A stretch of DNA of 64,000 bases from Candidatus Undinarchaeota archaeon (GCA_964574035.1 CAZNLD010000001.1:16220-80219); one strand, 5' to 3'. Positions 37,395 to 48,184 are shown, counted from the stretch's first letter. Notes: a model not told the origin generated them from the sequence alone. Made by a program: numbers and translations.

Positions 37395-37436
37395 ACTCTG
37401 GTTTAAAGAATACACATATTTAAAGTTTGCTTAAAG

Positions 37437-37566
37437 GATGGACGTTAGATATTAGACAATAGACAATGGAGATGTGGCTAGTAGCAGTTAATGAGCACTA
37501 CTGACTTTGATGTCTATCATCCATTATCGATTGCCTATTGTCGATGCTCTATCGTCGATTGTCTAT
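37437..37566. repeat. Heptamer-armed inverted element downstream of the thermosome gene (different core)
   Basis: Left arm tagatat/tagacaa/tagacaa/tggagat; right arm is its reverse-complement type (ttatcga/ttgccta/ttgtcga/tgctcta/tcgtcga/ttgtcta). Confidence 0.75.
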
Positions 37567-37570
37567 ACAA

Positions 37571-39238
37571 TCACATCATGCCAGGCATTCCGGCAGGCAT
37601 TCCGCCTCCGCCTGGTCCTGGTGGAGCGCCGCCTCCGCCGCCGTCGCCTTTGCCAAGTTCTTTGGCTGAAATGATATCATCGATTCTCAAAATCATTTCT
37701 GCAGCTTCAGATGCGCTTTTGATAGCCTGAGTTTTAATTTTCAAGGGTTCAACTACACCGTCCTTGAACATGTCTCTTATTTCTCCCTTGAGAACATCCA
37801 GACCATACCACTTATTGCTTTTCTTCTCATGTGCATTTCTCATTTCAACAAGTTTGTCAATTGGGTCAAGACCTGCGTTTTCAGCTAGACTTCTTGGAAT
37901 TATTTCAAGTGCGTCTGCGAATGCTGACAGTGCAAGCTGTTCCCTGCCTTCGACTTTTTCAGCTTCGGCTCTCACTCTTTTTACAAGTTCTACTTCAACT
38001 GCGCCTCCGCCTCCGACAACCTTGCCGGTCGTGATAGCTACTGAAACGCCTCCTATTGCGTCTTCAAGTGCTCTTTCAACTTCATCAACAACATGGTCTG
38101 TTCCTCCTCGGATAAGGACTGAGACTGCTTTTGGACTCTTACAGTCGGTTACGAAAACCATTTCGTCTCCAGCAACCTTCTTTTCTTCAACTATTCCTGC
38201 CTTTCCAAGGTCAGCTTCTGAAAGGTCGTCCAGGCTCGAAATAACCTTTCCGCCTGTAGCTCTTGCAAGCTTCTGCATGTCGCTTTTCTTTACCCTTCTG
38301 ACTGCAAAAATTCCCTGCTTGGCAAAATAGTGCTGAGCTAAATCACCTATTCCTTTCTGGCAGAAAAGTACATTTGCTCCGGTTTTCTTAACCAAGTCAA
38401 CCATTTCTTTCAGCATTCCCTCTTCCTGACTTAAGAAATCCTTGAGTTTTGCAGGATCGGTTATCTGAATTTCTGCTTCAGTTTCAGTCTCCTTGATTTC
38501 AATTGCGGAGTCAACAAGAGCGATTTTTGCGTTCTTCATATGTTTAGGCATAGAAGAGTGGACTCTTTCTTTGTCTATGATAAGTCCTTTTATTAGTTTA
38601 GAATCGTCTATGCTTCCTCCGTCTCTTTTTTCAAGTTTTATGTTATCTGTATCGACTTCGAATTTACCTCCATCTTTTTCAGCTACAAGTGAAACTGCTT
38701 CTACCGCGAGATTTGCAAGCATGTCTCTTGCTCTCTCCGCTGATTTTCCAGTCATTGCAGTCATTGCAACTTTTTCAAGTAGTTCTTTGTCTTCTGGAGA
38801 AATCGTTTCGGAAAGCTCTTCCAGAATTTCCTGAGCTTTTTCATTCGCCATTCTGTAACCGTGAACGATTACCGTTGGGTGAATGTTCTGCTCAAGAAGT
38901 TCTTCTGCTTTCTTAAGAAGTTCTCCTGCAATTACTACTGCAGAAGTTGTTCCGTCTCCAACTTCTTCTTCCTGCGCCTGGGAAACTTCAACCAGCATCT
39001 TAGCTGAAGGATGCTGAATATCCATTTCTCGTAAAATAGTGGCGCCGTCATTAGTGATTACGATATCACCAAGATTATCAACAAGCATCTTGTCCATTCC
39101 TTTTGGACCAAGAGTTGTTCTTACTGACTCGGCTACTATTCTTCCGGCCAGTATGTTCATTCTCTGCGCGTCACGGCCCATAGTCCGCTGCGCCTGATCT
39201 GACATAACTACAACAGGTTTTCCTGTTAATTGTGCCAT
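37571..39238 (-). CDS. ths: Thermosome (group II chaperonin) subunit
   Basis: [24 protein letters not shown] and GGM-rich tail; GGAGGTG SD before the ATG at 39238. Confidence 0.98.
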   Translation of the reverse strand: MAQLTGKPVVVMSDQAQRTMGRDAQRMNILAGRIVAESVRTTLGPKGMDKMLVDNLGDIVITNDGATILREMDIQHPSAKMLVEVSQAQEEEVGDGTTSAVVIAGELLKKAEELLEQNIHPTVIVHGYRMANEKAQEILEELSETISPEDKELLEKVAMTAMTGKSAERARDMLANLAVEAVSLVAEKDGGKFEVDTDNIKLEKRDGGSIDDSKLIKGLIIDKERVHSSMPKHMKNAKIALVDSAIEIKETETEAEIQITDPAKLKDFLSQEEGMLKEMVDLVKKTGANVLFCQKGIGDLAQHYFAKQGIFAVRRVKKSDMQKLARATGGKVISSLDDLSEADLGKAGIVEEKKVAGDEMVFVTDCKSPKAVSVLIRGGTDHVVDEVERALEDAIGGVSVAITTGKVVGGGGAVEVELVKRVRAEAEKVEGREQLALSAFADALEIIPRSLAENAGLDPIDKLVEMRNAHEKKSNKWYGLDVLKGEIRDMFKDGVVEPLKIKTQAIKSASEAAEMILRIDDIISAKELGKGDGGGGGAPPGPGGGGMPAGMPGMM

Positions 39239-39400
39239 AAGATACACCTCCAAATTTAATAATTTTAAGTGTGAATAATCTATTAGAGGTAATATATAAG
39301 TGTTTCTATTTTGTGCATTATTTAAGGTCATAGAATAGATGAGTACTGTTCTTTGTGAAGTTATCTAAAAACCTTTATATAAAGTGATAGCGGTTAATAA

Positions 39401-39898
39401 ATGATGAAAAGAAAAAAGAAAGAAACCATAAATCCAATTATTTTAGCAATAAGCGTAATAACATTATTTGTGTTCATAATTTCTTTTGCCGTATTTTATG
39501 CAAAAGAAACGTTTTCTCCAGTCTGTGGATGCACACTTCCGATATGGGTCATACTTATTTCAATTGCATCATTTGGAATGTTTACCGGCTCGCTGGTATA
39601 TTATTTGCTTAATAAAAATGTATTGGACCTACTAATAGATGTTAATAAAACAGAAAAACCTATCAATAAACTTTTAAACTTTTTAGAAGGAGATGAAAAA
39701 AATATTTTAGAATTTATTATAAATAATTCCGGAGAGGTTAATCAAAGTAGAATATCAAAAGAGTTGGATACAGATAGAGTTAAAACGTCCAGAGTAATAA
39801 GTAAACTAGAGAAAAAAGGAATCGTTAAAAAAGAAGAAAAGGGAATGACCAATCGGATAACACTAGATGGAGATTTAAAAAAGTTCTTTAAGAAATAG
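39401..39898 (+). CDS. Membrane-bound winged-helix (MarR-like) regulator with extracellular CGC
   Basis: Two TM helices around PVCGC; C-terminal GEVNQSRI...VKTSRVISKLEKKGIV...GMTNRI. Confidence 0.8.
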   Translation: MMKRKKKETINPIILAISVITLFVFIISFAVFYAKETFSPVCGCTLPIWVILISIASFGMFTGSLVYYLLNKNVLDLLIDVNKTEKPINKLLNFLEGDEKNILEFIINNSGEVNQSRISKELDTDRVKTSRVISKLEKKGIVKKEEKGMTNRITLDGDLKKFFKK

Positions 39899-39900
39899 TT

Positions 39901-39917
39901 GTTTCAAAATATGAAAC
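39901..39917 (+). promoter_or_regulatory. Palindromic operator candidate GTTTCA-N5-TGAAAC upstream of a TATA box
   Basis: Perfect 6-bp inverted repeat immediately 5' of TTTATAAA at about 39923. Confidence 0.5.
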
Positions 39918-39954
39918 CAACATTTATAAAGAGTTTCAGATCATTAAAGAATCA

Positions 39955-41187
39955 ATGAACAAGTTATTGACTGCAATAATATTGGTATTCTTTTTAACCA
40001 GCCTTGTTGCTCCAATCAGTGCAGAGCAGTTTAGTTCTGTAGAAAACAATTTTAGTTCTGTAGAGGATAATGAAAATCTGACGGAAGAAAATGAAGTTAT
40101 AATTAATTATTTTTATCAAAGCGGATGTCCTTATTGTAGTAAACAGGAAGTTTTTTTTGAAGAGCTTGAAGAAAAATATCCGGAAATAACTATTTATAAG
40201 CATGACATTGCAAAAAGAAGTTCAATAGAAAAACTAGATGTCCTCATAGAAGCATATGAGCTGGAATTAGATAGAGTAGGGGTCCCGATGACATTTATTG
40301 AAGGTGAATTCTTCATGGGCTATCATTCGTCTATTGGAGAAGAAATTGAAAATATTGTTGAAAATAAACTCGGAGAACCAGTTGAAAATGAAGAGATAAA
40401 TGAGGGAACAAAAGAAGATTTAGAGAAAGAAGAGGATAAAACACACCTCCCAATTATAGGAGAGATTGATCTTTCAAGATTTTCGCTGCCAGCCATAACA
40501 TTCACTCTTGGTTCGCTGGACGGCATGAATGTATGCAGTATAGGAGCGCTGATTTTAATTCTTGCAATTGTTGTTAAGTTCGATTCAAGAAAGAAGATAC
40601 TGCTCTACGGAGGACTATTCATATTAACCACTGCAATAGTGTATGGCTTGCTTGTTTTTGCCTGGTATGGGATCATAAAATCACTTTTTGCATATATATC
40701 CTTCTTAAGTCTTTTAATTGGACTGGCGGGCATCATAGGAGGAATCTATTTTTTCAAAATGTTTTTAACATTTTACAAATACGGGCCTACCTGTAAAGTT
40801 AAGAAAAATAAATACATCACTGCAATTCAGAAAAAAGTTAATTCAGTTCTTGAGGATCCTGAAAAAGGGTTCTTTGCGGTAGCCAGTGTCTTAATTATTT
40901 TTGCCATTGCCGTTACAATAATTGAACTCCCGTGTTCATTTGCACTTCCCTTAATCTTTTCAGGGATTTTAGCAGATGCTGCACTGCCTGCGATATCATC
41001 TATATTCTACATTATCACTTACTTGTTCTTTTACATGCTTATTGAAATAATAATATTCCTTGGAGCAGTTTATACAAAAGAACTCTGGTACGGTCCGGGA
41101 AAATCAGTTACATGGGTTACACTTCTTGCATCCCTCATTTTATTTGGACTCGGCTTTTACTATATTTCTCATCTTCTTCCGGTTTAA
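39955..41187 (+). CDS. Extracellular glutaredoxin/thioredoxin domain fused to a CcdA/DsbD-like membrane domain
   Basis: Signal peptide, CPYC, VPMTFI (cis-Pro), DGMNVCS and ELPCS cysteines, about 6 TM helices. Confidence 0.82.
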   Translation: MNKLLTAIILVFFLTSLVAPISAEQFSSVENNFSSVEDNENLTEENEVIINYFYQSGCPYCSKQEVFFEELEEKYPEITIYKHDIAKRSSIEKLDVLIEAYELELDRVGVPMTFIEGEFFMGYHSSIGEEIENIVENKLGEPVENEEINEGTKEDLEKEEDKTHLPIIGEIDLSRFSLPAITFTLGSLDGMNVCSIGALILILAIVVKFDSRKKILLYGGLFILTTAIVYGLLVFAWYGIIKSLFAYISFLSLLIGLAGIIGGIYFFKMFLTFYKYGPTCKVKKNKYITAIQKKVNSVLEDPEKGFFAVASVLIIFAIAVTIIELPCSFALPLIFSGILADAALPAISSIFYIITYLFFYMLIEIIIFLGAVYTKELWYGPGKSVTWVTLLASLILFGLGFYYISHLLPV

Positions 41188-41267
41188 GAATCTCTTAAAA
41201 ACCATTTTAATCAGTTATTGAAGGTATATTGGAAATGCTTAAAAATAAGAAGGAGCACAAACTAGTT

Positions 41268-41873
41268 ATGAGTAAAAAAATAATAGGGATCGGACTTGTA
41301 ATTGTAATAGCGCTATTTTTAATTCTGCTAAATAAACCACCATTAACGGATCATATCACGACATCTCCCGATAGTTTGGAAAATGAAATGAAACTGGGCT
41401 ACTGCCCTACGGTGAAAGAAGAAGCCATTGCTCTTTCAAAGGAAAAGAATTATGAATTAATGGAATTGAACTCTGCATCTGAAGTATTAGCTCTATTAAA
41501 TAAAAAAGAAATTGATGCTGTTTTAATTGGAAGAAAAGCTGTCCAGTTTGAGATTACAGAAGAAGTAAAAGAAACAATAATCAAACCAGGACACACACTA
41601 ATTTCAAAGGAAAAGGCAATTATTGACTATTCAAACCTGCAAGGTATCGAGATACATACTTATTTAACTAAGGAAACTGCTGAATCAATCATTCCTGAAT
41701 ATGCTCAAATAATCTATCATTCAACAAAGGAAGAAGCAATAAGCAAAACCCTTGAAGAAGAAGTTGTTTTGATTTCCTGGGACGATTGGAAAGATGATTT
41801 TGGACTATTGGTTGTTATGAATAAAAATGAAAAAGTTAAGGATTTTAGAGGCGTCTTTTTATATGAAAATTAA
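41268..41873 (+). CDS. Membrane-anchored hypothetical protein, possibly periplasmic-binding-protein-like
   Basis: N-terminal TM; LGYCPT and SASEVLALL...IDAVLIGRKA. Confidence 0.55.
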   Translation: MSKKIIGIGLVIVIALFLILLNKPPLTDHITTSPDSLENEMKLGYCPTVKEEAIALSKEKNYELMELNSASEVLALLNKKEIDAVLIGRKAVQFEITEEVKETIIKPGHTLISKEKAIIDYSNLQGIEIHTYLTKETAESIIPEYAQIIYHSTKEEAISKTLEEEVVLISWDDWKDDFGLLVVMNKNEKVKDFRGVFLYEN

Positions 41874-41885
41874 AAAAGTTATAAA

Positions 41886-42107
41886 TCACGTCTTTTCGGC
41901 ATAGCCGAGCCGTTTGGTTTCTCGGGCAAACCGTTCTAAGTCTTGTGGTTCTCCCGCAACCCGCATTTTGCAGTCAAAATTTCCTTTTATATCCAGCTTT
42001 AGATCGTCTTTCACTATAGAAAGACCGACCTGCTTGTACTTTCTTTCAATTAAGTCCAGAACATCCTGCTTTCTGAACTTTTTAACGTGTATTTCTTTGC
42101 TTACCAT
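41886..42107 (-). CDS. Small hypothetical protein, 73 aa
   Basis: Co-oriented downstream ORF with an alternating beta/alpha pattern. Confidence 0.55.
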   Translation of the reverse strand: MVSKEIHVKKFRKQDVLDLIERKYKQVGLSIVKDDLKLDIKGNFDCKMRVAGEPQDLERFARETKRLGYAEKT

Positions 42108-42130
42108 AAATTCAAATAGGCTTTCCAGAT

Positions 42131-43048
42131 TTAATAATCTTCCTCAAACTCTTTTAAGATTTTCAAAAGTTCTTTCGATGAAACTACATCTTCAAACTCT
42201 TCTGTTTTAAAAACCGGCACTCCTGAAAGTATCTTTCTTTTTACTTTTTGAAGAACGAACATTCCATGCTGGTCCAGTGTTTTTCTTGCCCTTTGTATAT
42301 CTCCGGCTTTCTTTTCAACTGCTTTTGAATTTGTACCGGTAAGAAGAATATCTTGTTTATTCCTACCTATTACTTTGAAAGACGCTTTTCTTACAATCGT
42401 TGTCTTAAACCCAAGTTCACCTAGATGTTTAGTTATCTGTTTTTCCTCTTCCAGAACATTATGCGATTCAACTTCTCTCTCTTTCGGCTTAAAAATATCA
42501 ATTGTTTCAAGAAGAATATCCCCAATAGCGTCCTGAAGTCTCATAATATTATCAATTTCTGCGCCTTTGCCCCTTTCATATTTTATAATTGAGGATTTTG
42601 AAACTCCTGCTTCTCTTGCTAAATCTCCAAGTGAAAGATTTTTCTTGGACCTGATTTCTTTCAGGAAGTCTGAATCAATAGTTGCATAATATCCTCCTTT
42701 CTTTGCATAAACAAAAGGAAACTTTTTACTGACAATTGTTTCAGAAAATGTTTCAAAGTTAACAGCAGGAATTGAATGTCTCTCATACATCGTCTTTTCC
42801 TTCATATAATTTCCACTCGCCATTAATCCGACAATTAAAGGAGCTGCATCCATCACATTTGCAACTCTTTTCATATCTTCAGCCTGCTCAGGATAAAAAG
42901 AATCAATATTTGTTAAAACCTTAATTAGTAAAACTTCTTTTCCTTTTGCAAGAACATCAAAGCACCCTGGGCAGAACTGCTGGGCTACTTCAAATCCGGA
43001 TTCTTCCAGCAAATTTATTACCTTTTCAAGCAGTTTATCTCTAAGCAT
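42131..43048 (-). CDS. Conserved archaeal HTH transcriptional regulator (COG1395-like)
   Basis: FDVLAK..LLIKVLTNIDS, YERHSIP, GGYY and Cro-type LSLGDLAREAGVS..YERG. Confidence 0.88.
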   Translation of the reverse strand: MLRDKLLEKVINLLEESGFEVAQQFCPGCFDVLAKGKEVLLIKVLTNIDSFYPEQAEDMKRVANVMDAAPLIVGLMASGNYMKEKTMYERHSIPAVNFETFSETIVSKKFPFVYAKKGGYYATIDSDFLKEIRSKKNLSLGDLAREAGVSKSSIIKYERGKGAEIDNIMRLQDAIGDILLETIDIFKPKEREVESHNVLEEEKQITKHLGELGFKTTIVRKASFKVIGRNKQDILLTGTNSKAVEKKAGDIQRARKTLDQHGMFVLQKVKRKILSGVPVFKTEEFEDVVSSKELLKILKEFEEDY

Positions 43049-43076
43049 ATTTGAAATGTAAGAAAACTCCTATTAA

Positions 43077-43715
43077 TTATTTTTGCACGACTATACACAT
43101 GTGGTCTTTTTCATACGGATTCAATTTTATCTTTTCTTTAACTTTGAAATCAACTGAAAGGTCTGCAATAACTTTGTTGAAAACTTTCTGGGGTTCTTTT
43201 GTCACATCTATACTTCTTGCCTTAACCATAAGATAGCCAATTCCATCTTTTTTCAGGAATTTTTCTGCATTCTTTTTAAAAATATCAACCTGGAATGACT
43301 GAGCAACATCTTCATATAAAACATCTGCTTTGGAAACTCTGCCTGCATATTCCTCCGGATTATTTGCATCTGCCAGAATCGGCATTAAATTTTTCCTTTC
43401 CTTTGAAACTGCATGTAAATCAATAACTGCTCTTGGTGAAAACTCAACGCAGTAAATCTGTCCTTTCGTACAGATATCCGATAAATGAGATGCAGTCGTT
43501 CCGTTCCCTGCTCCTAAATAAAGAACAGAAGTATCTTCTTTGAAAGAAAAGGTTCTGAGATTTTTTACTAATGCAGTTCCTAGTTTTGACCGGTATGGAT
43601 TCCAGATTCGGTATTCTTTTCCGCTTTTCTTTGCAGTTCTTTCTCCGTAAACTTTCTTTCCTGGATTTAAGTTAAGTGTTCCATATTGTTTTCCAAATTT
43701 TTCTAATTTTTTCAT
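43077..43715 (-). CDS. flpA: Fibrillarin-like rRNA/tRNA 2'-O-methyltransferase
   Basis: VYGE, WNPYRSKL, VLYLGA..GTT.SH, DVAQ and KARSID motifs. Confidence 0.97.
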   Translation of the reverse strand: MKKLEKFGKQYGTLNLNPGKKVYGERTAKKSGKEYRIWNPYRSKLGTALVKNLRTFSFKEDTSVLYLGAGNGTTASHLSDICTKGQIYCVEFSPRAVIDLHAVSKERKNLMPILADANNPEEYAGRVSKADVLYEDVAQSFQVDIFKKNAEKFLKKDGIGYLMVKARSIDVTKEPQKVFNKVIADLSVDFKVKEKIKLNPYEKDHMCIVVQK

Positions 43716-44614
43716 TTTTTCCTCAATTTTTTAACTTCTTCATTCAATTCTTTTCTAAGAGCTTTACCCATGAACTTTCCTTCAAAATAATCTCTTCTTA
43801 TTGCAATTGCTATTTTGCCTGCAATTTTTCTTGCAACTTTTCCCCTCAAATGTTTTGGCGCCATCTGAAGTAAAGGATGATTCAAAATTATGCCATGTTT
43901 CGGCGGTTTTGTTCCTTCTTTTAAATGTCTGAAAAGAGCTTTTTCAGCTCCCAAAACTTGTATAGTGCTTGAAGGAAGTCTTGCAAGCCTCTTTGCAGAG
44001 CCGACCGCTGCAAGTAGTTCCGCCCCTACTTTGGCTCCAGCAACTGCATTTAAATTTTTGAAATTCTGCTGCATTAATGATTCAAGATAGTTTGCAAGGT
44101 CGTCTTTTGCCTTGTAAGAATTTTTTACAAACTTTGCAAATCGCTTGAGTTCTTTTTCATCCTGTTCATTGAAATCCCCTGCAACAGTATCCTTTGGCTT
44201 CTCCTGAACAGCTACTTTTGCAAATGAAGAATGATTTGAAACCTGCATGCTTAATTCAGGATAGTAAAGATTATACCACTCTCTCAATCTTTCAGAATAC
44301 AAATTCAAAGATTCTTCAAGCTCATCCAAAGCATTTGAAACCTGAATAATTTTGAAATCTGGTTTTGACAAAGCTTCCTTTAAATCAAGTTTTGTAAGCT
44401 CCATATTGAATTTATGCATAAAATCAGAAAAATTAAATCCGTATTTTGAAAATAAATTTTGAAGCTCCTGTTTAGATAAAACCTCGCCTGTTTGTTCTTT
44501 ATTTTTGAATTGTTCTGCTGCTTTCTCCGGATTCTTCGAAAATGCTTCTTTTTTTACTAAATTGCCGTCTTTTTTCTCAAAAACTCCTATCGGAGTTATT
44601 ATTTTAATGGCCAT
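43712..44614 (-). CDS. nop5: C/D box sRNP protein Nop5 (Nop56/58)
   Basis: ERLREWY..YPEL, PSSTIQVLGAEKALF and PPKHG motifs. Confidence 0.95.
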   Translation of the reverse strand: MAIKIITPIGVFEKKDGNLVKKEAFSKNPEKAAEQFKNKEQTGEVLSKQELQNLFSKYGFNFSDFMHKFNMELTKLDLKEALSKPDFKIIQVSNALDELEESLNLYSERLREWYNLYYPELSMQVSNHSSFAKVAVQEKPKDTVAGDFNEQDEKELKRFAKFVKNSYKAKDDLANYLESLMQQNFKNLNAVAGAKVGAELLAAVGSAKRLARLPSSTIQVLGAEKALFRHLKEGTKPPKHGIILNHPLLQMAPKHLRGKVARKIAGKIAIAIRRDYFEGKFMGKALRKELNEEVKKLRKK

Positions 44615-44672
44615 TGCCTGTTAATAATGAACAGTAAGACTTAAATGCTTTACTTTGGTATTAGAAAGTGAT

Positions 44673-44897
44673 ATGGGAAATATTAAACATACCTTCATAA
44701 AAAGAACCGGAAATGAAATATATGAAAAATATACTGAAAGAGTCAGCGACGACTTTGATAAGAATAAAGCGCTATTAAATGAGCTAATTGAAAGCGGAGT
44801 TCTTGAATGCAGAAGTAAAACTCTCAGAAATAAATTAGCCGGATATTTATCAACAAAAGAAGGAGAAGGCGCCTCCTATATAAAAACAGCGTCGTAA
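44673..44897 (+). CDS. rps17e: 30S ribosomal protein S17e
   Basis: MGNIKHTFIKR, DFDKNK and SKTLRNKLAGY motifs. Confidence 0.95.
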   Translation: MGNIKHTFIKRTGNEIYEKYTERVSDDFDKNKALLNELIESGVLECRSKTLRNKLAGYLSTKEGEGASYIKTAS

Positions 44898-44899
44898 AA

Positions 44900-45580
44900 A
44901 TGAAAGCAGTTCTGAAAATAGGCGGGTCCGTAATTGCAGAAGAGCCACTTAAATTAGATATAAAAAAACTTGTTCAATTTCTTAAAAAGTGGTCTAAAAA
45001 CCACGAACTGACCGTAGTTGTAGGCGGAGGAAGAACTTCAAGAGCTCTTGATACGGTAGCCAGAAGTTTTACTGACAAAGAAGAACTTTTAGACAATGTA
45101 GGAATTTATGCTTCAAGACTTAATGCTTCTGTTTTAATTGCAGCGCTGGATGGAAAAGCATGCAGTAAGATACCCAGAAATGAAAAAGAATTTTCAAAAC
45201 TTTCAGAGGACTTTAAAGGAAAGATTATTGTTTCAGGAGGATTCAGGCCAGGACAGAGAACAGATGCAGTTTCAGTTCAAATTGCAAAAACATGGGGAGC
45301 AGATACAGTTTTCAAATGCACAAATGTAGATTATGTTTATGATAAAGACCCTTTAACTAATCCGGACGCAAAACCAATTGAAAAAATGACTTTTAAGACA
45401 TTAAGAAAACTTGCGGATAAGACCGAAAAAGCGAATTCGCCTACAATTATGGATAAGGTTGCTGCAGATATGCTTTTAGAAGAAGATATAAAACTCATAG
45501 TCCTTGATGGAAGAAATCTTAGTAATATTGGAAAGGCTTTGAACGGGAAAGAATTCAGGGGAACCAAAATAGGATTTTAG
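44900..45580 (+). CDS. pyrH: UMP kinase
   Basis: LKIGGS, VVGGG, PGQRTD and TNVDYVYDKDP motifs. Confidence 0.93.
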   Translation: MKAVLKIGGSVIAEEPLKLDIKKLVQFLKKWSKNHELTVVVGGGRTSRALDTVARSFTDKEELLDNVGIYASRLNASVLIAALDGKACSKIPRNEKEFSKLSEDFKGKIIVSGGFRPGQRTDAVSVQIAKTWGADTVFKCTNVDYVYDKDPLTNPDAKPIEKMTFKTLRKLADKTEKANSPTIMDKVAADMLLEEDIKLIVLDGRNLSNIGKALNGKEFRGTKIGF

Positions 45581-46151
45581 GATTTTATTTTAGGAATAGG
45601 GACATATTCCAATCTGGATCTCCCCAAATGCAGAGACGCTGAATAAAGAGCACTAACCGTTTCCTTAATTTCCCTATAATTTGAGAGATCCGAATAATGT
45701 CCCGGTAAGTTTATTTTAAAATCAATAGAATAGTTAATTTTCCTTTTTGGATTTAAATCCAATTTGCCTTCAATTAAGTTTTTGCCAGACTCACTTAAAA
45801 TATACTTCTGGCCCCGTTTAGTACTGCCGTGTTTTCTAACTGCACGTATTCCTTCAGTTATTTTCAAGTGCCGTGATGTTGTACGATAAACCTGTGCTTG
45901 GAGTTTTTTGTAATTTTTGTTTGTTTTACTTCCTTTGAACGTTTCAATTTTCTAAGAAATATAAAAGAATCTAAAACCTTCTCTGAAATTTTGGTAAATG
46001 TATAATGTTCATCTTCTAAATACAATATTGTCAAAAAGGCAGAAGGAAATGCAAACTGGTATTCTCCCTGCTTTGCAATGGGCTTTAAATATGAAATACA
46101 GTTCTTAACTACCTGCGGCCAGATTTTAAGATATTTATTTGGTTCAACCAT
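45577..46151 (-). pseudogene. Frameshifted winged-helix protein gene (about 191 aa if repaired)
   Basis: One extra A in the A4 run (45948-45951) joins ...FIFLRK to IETFKGSK...VYRTTSRHLK...KYILSESGK, a wHTH-like sequence. Confidence 0.55.
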
Positions 46152-46221
46152 AAAGTAATTATTGTTAAATTACTATAAAATATTTAGGAAAGAAATATGA
46201 GTAGTTGAAAACAAAAAAAAC

Positions 46222-46779
46222 ATGATGGAATTAGATACTAAAATTAAATTTGATAAAATTGACTTAGCTTTTCTTGTAAGTCCTATTGAATATAGAAGTG
46301 CATTTTTTACAACAGTTGATAAAGAACTTGTAGAAAAGGTCAACTTTGTTTTAAAGCAATTAGAAAAGAATGATGTAAAAGTTATTGTAGTGGAAGGCGG
46401 GGCAAATGAGGTAGGGATTAACCTCCGGAAAAATACAATTAAAATTGAAAGCATATATTTTAATAAAAAAACAACAAAGCACATAAGAAAAATTGCAGAA
46501 AAGAAAAAACCCAGAATACTAATTTTCGGCGGTCTGCTTGGACTTCATCGTGAGAAAAAAGAAATAGATGAGAATAAAATTTTAGGAGGCTGTGTTCCTG
46601 CTGCAGCAATAAGGGTGTTTGAAATATTAGAAAAATATAAACCTGAAATTTTCATTATTCCAGAATTATCGATAATTAGTTCAAATGACATAGACCTAAA
46701 AAGGAAATACAAAGTGATAGGCCGATACATAGAAGAAACAGACAAAGAATTGAACCTGACAATTGCAAAAAAGATTTAA
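46222..46779 (+). CDS. Hypothetical protein (weak cysteine-hydrolase/isochorismatase-like pattern)
   Basis: ILIFGG...GGCVPAAA; divergent from the wHTH gene. Confidence 0.5.
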   Translation: MMELDTKIKFDKIDLAFLVSPIEYRSAFFTTVDKELVEKVNFVLKQLEKNDVKVIVVEGGANEVGINLRKNTIKIESIYFNKKTTKHIRKIAEKKKPRILIFGGLLGLHREKKEIDENKILGGCVPAAAIRVFEILEKYKPEIFIIPELSIISSNDIDLKRKYKVIGRYIEETDKELNLTIAKKI

Positions 46780-47453
46780 TTAATTAGGCTTGTTTTGTTA
46801 ATTACTAATTCCCCGCTGTTTCCTTTCCATTTCTTTTCAGATTTTTCAATTTTTATTTTCTTTTCAAAAATAGGGCCATCTAAAACAAAGGTTTCGTACT
46901 CTCCTCCTTCCCCTGCAATATGAACTCCGTATTTTTCATTCAGCTCCCTTAATTCTTCCAACAGATTTTTGTCAACTTTCCTTCCGAGCCAGCTTTCATC
47001 CAAACCTTCTGCTGCAGCTCCAGTAATAATAACTTCAAACCCAGCAGAAATTAATTCATCCATATATTCTTCAGGGTCTTTTTTCCAGTACGGAGAAAAA
47101 CAATTTAAGTCAAATTTTTTGCATATCTTTTCAACCCTTGATTTTTGATATTCGGAAGCAATAGCTCCTGTTGCTATCCCCTCAATTCCGTATTTTTCCT
47201 TTGCTTTCTTTACTGCTTTCTCTAAATCAAGAAGTTCTTTTTCTTTAATTCCAGATGTTTTTTGAAAAATCAATGGTAAATTTAGAGCTTCCGCCTGAAC
47301 TTTAACTAAATCAATATTCGGAATATGAAACATGTAAGAGTCGTCTCTTTCTGATTTTAGAGAAATTAAAACTTCGGGTTTATGATTCTGTTCAGCCCAA
47401 TAAAGAGCCATTGCAGAATCTTTCCCTCCGGAAAAAAGAATACCTATTTTCAT
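46776..47453 (-). CDS. dph6: Diphthine-ammonia ligase family PP-loop ATPase
   Basis: LFSGGKDS, SYMFH, GAIASEYQ and GEGGEYETFVLDGP motifs. Confidence 0.92.
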   Translation of the reverse strand: MKIGILFSGGKDSAMALYWAEQNHKPEVLISLKSERDDSYMFHIPNIDLVKVQAEALNLPLIFQKTSGIKEKELLDLEKAVKKAKEKYGIEGIATGAIASEYQKSRVEKICKKFDLNCFSPYWKKDPEEYMDELISAGFEVIITGAAAEGLDESWLGRKVDKNLLEELRELNEKYGVHIAGEGGEYETFVLDGPIFEKKIKIEKSEKKWKGNSGELVINKTSLIN

Positions 47454-48184
47454 TTATTTTTAACTTCAAAACCTTTTACAGCATCTATAATTTCAGCAAC
47501 TTTGCTATATACTTTTTCAATTACTGTACCAGTAACAATAACATCCGCTCCCGCCTTCATTTTATTAATTGCTGTAACCGGACCGTTTATTCCTCCTCCT
47601 ACAATCAGAGGGATGTCAATTTCTTTCTTGACTTTTCTAATAGTATCAACAGGCACGGACTTCTGAGCCCCTGAACCCGCCTCCAAATAAACTAAACCCA
47701 TTCCAAAATACTGAGCTGCGAGGGCATTTGAAACAATTTCTTTTGGAGTAAGCTGCTGTATCTGCGCCACTTTCTCAACCGCAGTTGGTTCTCCTGTATT
47801 AACTACAACATAGCCCATTCCAATTGGTTCAAGACCGTACTTTTTAACTAAAGGAGCTCCTTTGACCTGCTCTCCAACCAAATACTGCCTCTTGTTTGAA
47901 TTAAGAAGGCTCATGAAAAAGATTGCATCTGCATGTTCTGAAACTGCCTTTGCAGAATTAGGAAAAAGAATTACAGGAATGTCAACTGCTTCGTGGATCG
48001 CTTTTGTAAATTTATCAACTGAGCCTGTGGTTGAACCGCCAATCATAATTGCGTCAGTTCCGAACTCTTCAGATTTTGAAGCAAGTTCTGCTGCCTTTTC
48101 TGGGTTCATATTTTCAGGATCAAACAGACTAAAATGGAGCTTTTCTTTCTTCATTTTTTTCAGAAGTTTTTGATAGAGGGTCAT
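47450..48184 (-). CDS. Geranylgeranylglyceryl phosphate synthase
   Basis: HFSLFDP, IGGST, FFMSLLNS, YLEAGSGA and VGGGI motifs. Confidence 0.94.
   Translation of the reverse strand: MTLYQKLLKKMKKEKLHFSLFDPENMNPEKAAELASKSEEFGTDAIMIGGSTTGSVDKFTKAIHEAVDIPVILFPNSAKAVSEHADAIFFMSLLNSNKRQYLVGEQVKGAPLVKKYGLEPIGMGYVVVNTGEPTAVEKVAQIQQLTPKEIVSNALAAQYFGMGLVYLEAGSGAQKSVPVDTIRKVKKEIDIPLIVGGGINGPVTAINKMKAGADVIVTGTVIEKVYSKVAEIIDAVKGFEVKNK

Noticed and set aside
37491..38834. Plus-strand ORFs including a poly-Pro peptide and a 188-aa ORF
   Set aside because: They are antisense shadows of the thermosome gene; the poly-Pro mirrors its Gly-rich tail.
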